The notes beneath the pieces were generated by a model, which saw only the letters and a list, made by a program, of their open reading frames with translations, was not told the DNA's origin and made no database searches. A stretch of DNA of 64,000 nucleotides from Polyangiaceae bacterium. GTDB taxonomy: Bacteria; Myxococcota_A; Polyangia; Polyangiales; Houyiibacteriaceae. Shown one piece after another: positions 58,730-64,000 of the stretch; position 1 is the stretch's first letter, and every line of letters begins with the position of its first letter. Location: the NCBI GenBank assembly GCA_027009115.1, contig JALVDI010000486.1, forward strand, positions 3,057-67,056, given 5' to 3'. The translations under genes were made by a program, and so were the position numbers.

Positions 58730-59610
58730 TCAGTGGCCCGTGCGGATCCCTTCGCCGGCGCGGGCGATGGCGTGGCTCATGGTCGGCGTGTTCTTGGCGA
58801 CGCCCACTTCGCCGCGCGCGCTGACCAGGATGAGCCCTCCGCGCCCGCGCCCGCGGCTCGCGAGCTCGACGAGGGCTCGCTCCGCGGCCTGTTGGGCGTT
58901 CGCTTCGTCGAGCAGCTCGCAGGCGCAGCGAGCCAGGCAGACCCGAAGGATGGCTTCGCCGATGCCGGTGGCTGAGCAAGCTCCGGCGCGGTCGTCGGCC
59001 CAGGTGCCGGCCCCGGGAACCGGCGTGTCGCCGACGCGCCCGGGGGCTTTGCCCACGGTCCCACCGGTGCTCGTCGCCGCCGCGACCGCGCCGGCCCCGT
59101 CGAAGGCGACCGCGCCGACGGTGCCCCCCGCCCAGCCCTCGCCGACCTGTCCGGCACGCCACCTTTCGAGGCGCCGGCGCGCTTCGTCGGTGACCATCGT
59201 CCCAGGTGCGGCGGGTTGGAAACCGCGGGCGCGGGCGAAAGCGTCGGCGCCGGCAGCACAGAGCAGGACGTGGCGGTCTTCCTCGAGGAGGGCCCGGGCG
59301 ACGCGGATGGGGTGAGGGTAGGGCGGCAGCGCGGCGACGCCCGCGACCCGCAGGTCGGCGCCGTTCATCAAGGCGGCGTCCAGCTCGAGATCCCCGGCGC
59401 TGTTGAGCGAGCCGCCGGTGCCTGCGTTGTAGCGTGGGTCGGCTTCGAGGACCTCGACGGCGCGCTGGGCCGCGTCCAAGGCGGAGCCCCCTTCCAGCAG
59501 GACGCGCAGCCCCTCGGCGGCAGCCCGGTCGCATCCCGCGACGTGAGCCTCGATGCGTTCGGGCGCCACGCGGCCCGCCCCGCCGTGGACGACGACCACC
59601 GGGGCCGTCA

Positions 59611-59611
<1 letters not shown>
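58730..59611 (-). CDS. Isoaspartyl peptidase / L-asparaginase (Ntn-hydrolase, Asparaginase_2 family)
   Basis: Motifs VVVHGGAG, NAGTGGSLN and the autoprocessing nucleophile context GGTVGAVAFD, plus ATSTGG. Confidence 0.85.
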
Positions 59612-60591
<980 letters not shown>

Positions 60592-60597
60592 GATGTT

Positions 60598-60620
60598 GCC
60601 TCCCGACGGGAGGCTTTCTT
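60598..60620 (+). terminator. Hairpin plus T-rich tract between glnB and glnA (terminator/attenuator candidate)
   Basis: GCCTCCC gac GGGAGGC (7-bp stem) is followed by TTTCTT. It lies 7 nt after the glnB stop. Confidence 0.45.
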
Positions 60621-60644
60621 CCTGACTGGGGAAAGCGAGGAACG

Positions 60645-62069
60645 ATGAGCGAGATCAAGACGCCGCGAGAGGTCATCGAGCTGGCTCGGGCGAAGGGCGC
60701 GGTCATGGTGGACCTGCGCTTTATCGACATGCCCGGCGTTTGGCAGCACACGACCGTCCCCATCCACCGTCTCGACGAAGCTGCGTTCGAGGACGGGTTC
60801 GGATTCGATGGGTCGTCGATTCGCGGCTACCAGCCGATCAACGCCTCGGACATGCTGATTCTCCCGGATCCCACGTCGGCGAAGATGGATCCCTTTACTC
60901 AGCACCCGACGTTGGTGCTGATCTGCGACATCGTCGACCCCATCACGCGCGAGAGCTACGCCCGCGATCCGCGGTACATCGCCAAGAAGGCGGCGGCCTA
61001 CCTCAAGCAGACCGGGATCGCCGACACCGCCTACATCGGGCCGGAGGCCGAGTTCTTCGTCTTCGACGACGTGCGCTACGCGTCGACCCCGAACGCCGCC
61101 TTCTACGAGGTCGACTCGGTGGAGGGGGCCTGGAACAGCGGGAGGGGCGATCGGCCCAACCTCGGCTACAAGATCCCGCACAAGGGCGGCTACTTCCCGG
61201 TGATGCCAAGCGACACGCTCATGGATCTGCGCACGGACATCTGCCAGATCCTGATGGAGCTGGGCTACGAGGTGGAGGTGAGCCACCACGAGGTCGCGAC
61301 CGGCGGCCAGTGCGAGATCGATACGAAGTTCCTCGATCTGTTGTCGATGGGCGATCAGCTCATGTGGTTCAAGTACGTGGTCAAGAACGCGGCCCGCAGG
61401 GCCGGCAAGGTTGCCACGTTCATGCCCAAGCCGATGTACGACGACAACGGCAGCGGGATGCACGTCCATCAGTCGCTCTGGAAGGACGGCAAGCCCTTGT
61501 TCGCGGGCGACGGGTACGGGGGCCTGAGCCAGACGGCGCTCCACTACATCGGCGGGCTGCTCAAGCACGCGCCGGCGATTTGCGCGCTCACGAACCCCAC
61601 GATCAACAGCTACCGTCGCCTCGTGCCGGGCTTCGAGGCTCCCGTCAACCTCGCCTACAGCTCGCGCAACCGCAGCGCGTCGATCCGCATCCCGACTTAC
61701 TCGCAGTCGCCCAAGGCCAAGAGGCTCGAGGCGCGCTTCCCCGACAGCTCGGGCAACCCCTACCTCGCGTTCAGCGCCTTGCTCATGGCAGGGCTGGATG
61801 GAATCCAGAACCAGATCGACCCCGGCGATCCCTTTGACAAGGACCTCTACGCGCTGTCGCCGGAGGAGCTCGAGGGCGTCCCCACGGTGCCTGGGACGCT
61901 GGCCGAGGCTCTCGATTGCCTCGAACGGGACCACGAATTCCTCTTGCAGGGGGACGTCTTCACCAAGGACGTCATCGAGGAGTGGATCGCCTACAAGCGC
62001 GAGAACGAGGTCGCGGTCTTCGCGCAGCGGCCGACGCCCCTCGAGTACGAGCTCTACTTCGCCACCTGA
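60645..62069 (+). CDS. glnA: Glutamine synthetase, type I
   Basis: 474 aa. Motifs [42 protein letters not shown] and SIRIP. A Tyr sits in [10 protein letters not shown], the position of the adenylylation site. Confidence 0.97.
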   Translation: MSEIKTPREVIELARAKGAVMVDLRFIDMPGVWQHTTVPIHRLDEAAFEDGFGFDGSSIRGYQPINASDMLILPDPTSAKMDPFTQHPTLVLICDIVDPITRESYARDPRYIAKKAAAYLKQTGIADTAYIGPEAEFFVFDDVRYASTPNAAFYEVDSVEGAWNSGRGDRPNLGYKIPHKGGYFPVMPSDTLMDLRTDICQILMELGYEVEVSHHEVATGGQCEIDTKFLDLLSMGDQLMWFKYVVKNAARRAGKVATFMPKPMYDDNGSGMHVHQSLWKDGKPLFAGDGYGGLSQTALHYIGGLLKHAPAICALTNPTINSYRRLVPGFEAPVNLAYSSRNRSASIRIPTYSQSPKAKRLEARFPDSSGNPYLAFSALLMAGLDGIQNQIDPGDPFDKDLYALSPEELEGVPTVPGTLAEALDCLERDHEFLLQGDVFTKDVIEEWIAYKRENEVAVFAQRPTPLEYELYFAT

Positions 62070-62177
62070 GGGCGCGAGCCGACAGGCCGCGACCCGATCC
62101 GTCCGTCGTGGCCCCCTCCGCGGGGATTGCCTCGGGCGCTCGGTGTCGCGGCGGTCCGGCGCCCTGTCGTTGCGGCG

Positions 62178-62207
62178 TTGACGTCGCGAGGTCGCCTCGG
62201 ATAGCAT
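62178..62207 (+). promoter_or_regulatory. Candidate sigma70-type promoter for psd (TTGACG-N18-TAGCAT)
   Basis: TTGACG at 62178-62183 and TAGCAT at 62202-62207, about 63 nt upstream of ATG 62270. Confidence 0.35.
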
Positions 62208-62269
62208 CGGCGAGCCCCGAATCCCTCGAATTGCCCCGAACTTACCGGGGTTTGTGGGCCTCTTGCTCC

Positions 62270-63127
62270 ATGATCGACGTAGCTCGCCTGACCGCGGACA
62301 CGCTCAGGATCCTCCCTCGTAAGCGGATCAGCCGCGTGCTGGGGCGGCTCGCCGACCTCCGGGCGCCCGGACCGCTCCTCCAGCGGGCGATCGACCTCTT
62401 CGTCCGAAGCTACGACATCGACTTGAGCGAGGCGGTCGTGCCTCCCGGCGGGTTCAAGAGCTTCGACGAATTCTTCACGCGCCGGCTGGTGGAGGGAGCG
62501 CGCCCCATCGACCTCGATCCCGCTGCGGTCGTCTCCCCGGCGGACGGGCGCCTCGAAGACCTCGGAGAGATCGATCCCGACGGGACGCTCCTGGTCAAGG
62601 GGCGCCCCTATCGGGTCGCGGAGCTGGTGGATGAGCCGGGGGCGGTGGCCGCCTATGCCGGCGGGTCGTACTTCATCGTCTACCTCTCGCCCCGGGACTA
62701 CCACCGCGTTCACGCTCCCGCCTCGGGGCGGGTGGCGCGCGTCCGCCACATCCCGGGGACCCTCTTCCCGGTCAACTCCATCGGGCTCGAGCACGTCCCG
62801 CGGCTCTTCGCGGTCAACGAACGGGTGGCGATCGTGCAGCAGACACGGTTCGGTGAGCTGACCACGGTCATGGTCGGCGCCATCGGCGTCGGCCGCATCA
62901 GCGTTTCCTTCGATCCCGAGGTGCACACGAACCGCGGCCGCAGTCCGGGCGTGCGGAGGTACGCCGACGGTCCGCCGATCGAGCGGGGAGCGGAGATCGG
63001 TGTCTTCCATCTTGGCTCGACGGTGATCGTCTTCGTACCGCCCCACGAGGGCGCGCGCTTCGAGGTCGAGGCGGGGAGCGCGGTGCGCGTGGGACAGGCG
63101 GTTCTTCGGATCGGCGAGGGCGCATGA
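62270..63127 (+). CDS. psd: Phosphatidylserine decarboxylase proenzyme
   Basis: The start is ATG 62270. Motifs YLSPRDYHRVHAP, VGAIGVGRI and the self-cleavage site FHLGSTVIVF. Confidence 0.9.
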   Translation: MIDVARLTADTLRILPRKRISRVLGRLADLRAPGPLLQRAIDLFVRSYDIDLSEAVVPPGGFKSFDEFFTRRLVEGARPIDLDPAAVVSPADGRLEDLGEIDPDGTLLVKGRPYRVAELVDEPGAVAAYAGGSYFIVYLSPRDYHRVHAPASGRVARVRHIPGTLFPVNSIGLEHVPRLFAVNERVAIVQQTRFGELTTVMVGAIGVGRISVSFDPEVHTNRGRSPGVRRYADGPPIERGAEIGVFHLGSTVIVFVPPHEGARFEVEAGSAVRVGQAVLRIGEGA

Positions 63128-64000
63128 GCGACGACGACGAAGTCTCGTTCACGCCTCGCCGCTCGCGTCGCAAGCGCCGGGCCTTGCGCGTCCCCGTCGA
63201 CGAGGTGCCCCGCCGGAGCGCCGTGAGCTCGCTGCCCCCGGCTTCGGAGCCGGCGACGCCGCGACGTGGCGATGAGACCGTGCAGGTGGAGATCGAGCTC
63301 CCTGCCGGCGAGGCCGCCGAGCTCCCTGCCGGCGAGGCCGCCGAGCTCCCTGCCGGTGAGGCCGCCGAGCTCCCTGCCGGCGAGGCCGCCGAGCTCCCTG
63401 CCGGTGAGGCCGCCGAGCTCCCCAGCGAGCCGACGCAGCCCGCAGCGCGGGAGCTCCGCGATGAGCCTGTCCAGGCTGGCATGGTGGAGGCGGAGGCGGA
63501 GGTCGCGCTCGGGATCGACGCGGCATCTCTCGAGCAGGACCTGGAAGCCCTCACGCCGGACGAACCGTCGCCGCCGTCGGCAGAGATTCTGGCCGACCTG
63601 GCGGCGGAGGAGCTCGCCGAAGAGCTGGCCGAGGAGCTGGAGGGTTACGATCCCGAGGCGGACCTACCGGTGCCCGGGCCGAAGACCGAGCCTCCACCGC
63701 CCGGGGCGGAGGGGTCTGTGATCATCCGCGGGACGCTCCGCGTGGACTCCTCCGTGCCGCTGCCGGCCGAGGGAGAGGCACCTGTCGAGGAGGTGCCCCT
63801 GCCGTCGACCGGTGAGTTGGCGGGCGAGCCGACGATGCCCGGGGTCTCCCTCGACGAATTGGAAGAGTCCGCTTCGGGCGCCCAAGCGGAGGCCGGCGAG
63901 GCCGCCGAGCATCCGGAGCTCGAGCTCGAGGAGATCGAGGAGGACGGCGTCGAGGAGCCTCTTTCGACGGAGCTCGACCTCGACGACGTCGAGCTCGAGG
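63124..64000 (+). CDS. Hypothetical highly acidic repeat protein; 3' end beyond window
   Basis: This is my own translation; the gene is not in the ORF track because no stop lies in the window. ATG 63124 overlaps the psd stop (ATGA). It begins [24 protein letters not shown]..., then ELPAGEAA x5, then a Glu/Leu/Pro/Ala-rich sequence that stays open to position 64000. Confidence 0.6.
   Translation, partial: MSDDDEVSFTPRRSRRKRRALRVPVDEVPRRSAVSSLPPASEPATPRRGDETVQVEIELPAGEAAELPAGEAAELPAGEAAELPAGEAAELPAGEAAELPSEPTQPAARELRDEPVQAGMVEAEAEVALGIDAASLEQDLEALTPDEPSPPSAEILADLAAEELAEELAEELEGYDPEADLPVPGPKTEPPPPGAEGSVIIRGTLRVDSSVPLPAEGEAPVEEVPLPSTGELAGEPTMPGVSLDELEESASGAQAEAGEAAEHPELELEEIEEDGVEEPLSTELDLDDVELE
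63295..63414 (+). repeat. Five tandem 24-bp repeats (GAGCTCCCTGCCGGCGAGGCCGCC) encoding ELPAGEAA
   Basis: Read directly from the sequence. Copies 1, 2 and 4 are identical. Copies 3 and 5 differ only by a synonymous GGC>GGT. A sixth partial copy starts at 63415. Confidence 0.95.

Noticed and set aside
63295-63414. Tandem repeats (24-bp x5 here; 15-bp x5 at 10167-10241; 9-bp x4 at 15542-15580; 11-bp x3 at 58624-58656) considered as possible CRISPR or other arrays
   Set aside because: The units are directly abutting with no spacers and are much shorter than CRISPR repeats. Three of the four are in-frame inside coding sequence. No cas genes are nearby.

Overview
The window is 64 kb of very high-GC (about 70%) bacterial chromosome. 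It is densely coding: I call about 47 CDS, and many are joined by 1-4 nt stop/start overlaps. I infer a myxobacterial (Myxococcota) origin from sequence signatures, not from a database hit. The signatures are a MYXO-CTERM-like tail, Cys-rich secreted repeat proteins, Hanks-type kinases, a PP2C phosphatase, thrombospondin-type-3/vWA lipoproteins and a sigma54-type promoter.

The content is mostly core housekeeping:
- a TauABC-like ABC importer
- lspA, lgt and ileS
- folD-bcp
- scpA-scpB
- glyQ-(ROK kinase)-glyS-ppdK
- mutS
- the aromatic supraoperon pheA-hisC-(lipoprotein)-aroA-cmk-rpsA
- a heterodimeric ABC exporter pair
- glnB-glnA
- psd

I saw no rRNA, tRNA, CRISPR array, transposase, integrase or prophage signal. 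I did not find an unambiguous new multi-gene system such as a defence island or biosynthetic cluster.

The observations most worth follow-up are:
1. A near-consensus sigma54 promoter plus three 11-bp tandem repeats in front of an orphan ECF sigma factor.
2. A solute-binding protein fused to a membrane anchor and an OmpA-like cell-wall anchor, inside an ABC operon led by a coiled-coil gene.
3. An uncharacterised lipoprotein translationally coupled into the slot where tyrA normally sits in the aromatic supraoperon.
4. A secreted partner protein coupled to a metzincin with a Cys-rich stalk and a MYXO-CTERM-like tail.
5. A peroxiredoxin with a histone-H1-like KKTAA repeat tail.
6. A kinase / degenerate cyclase / STAND ATPase / TPR giant.

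All functional calls come from motifs I read in the supplied translations. No similarity search or HMM run was possible.
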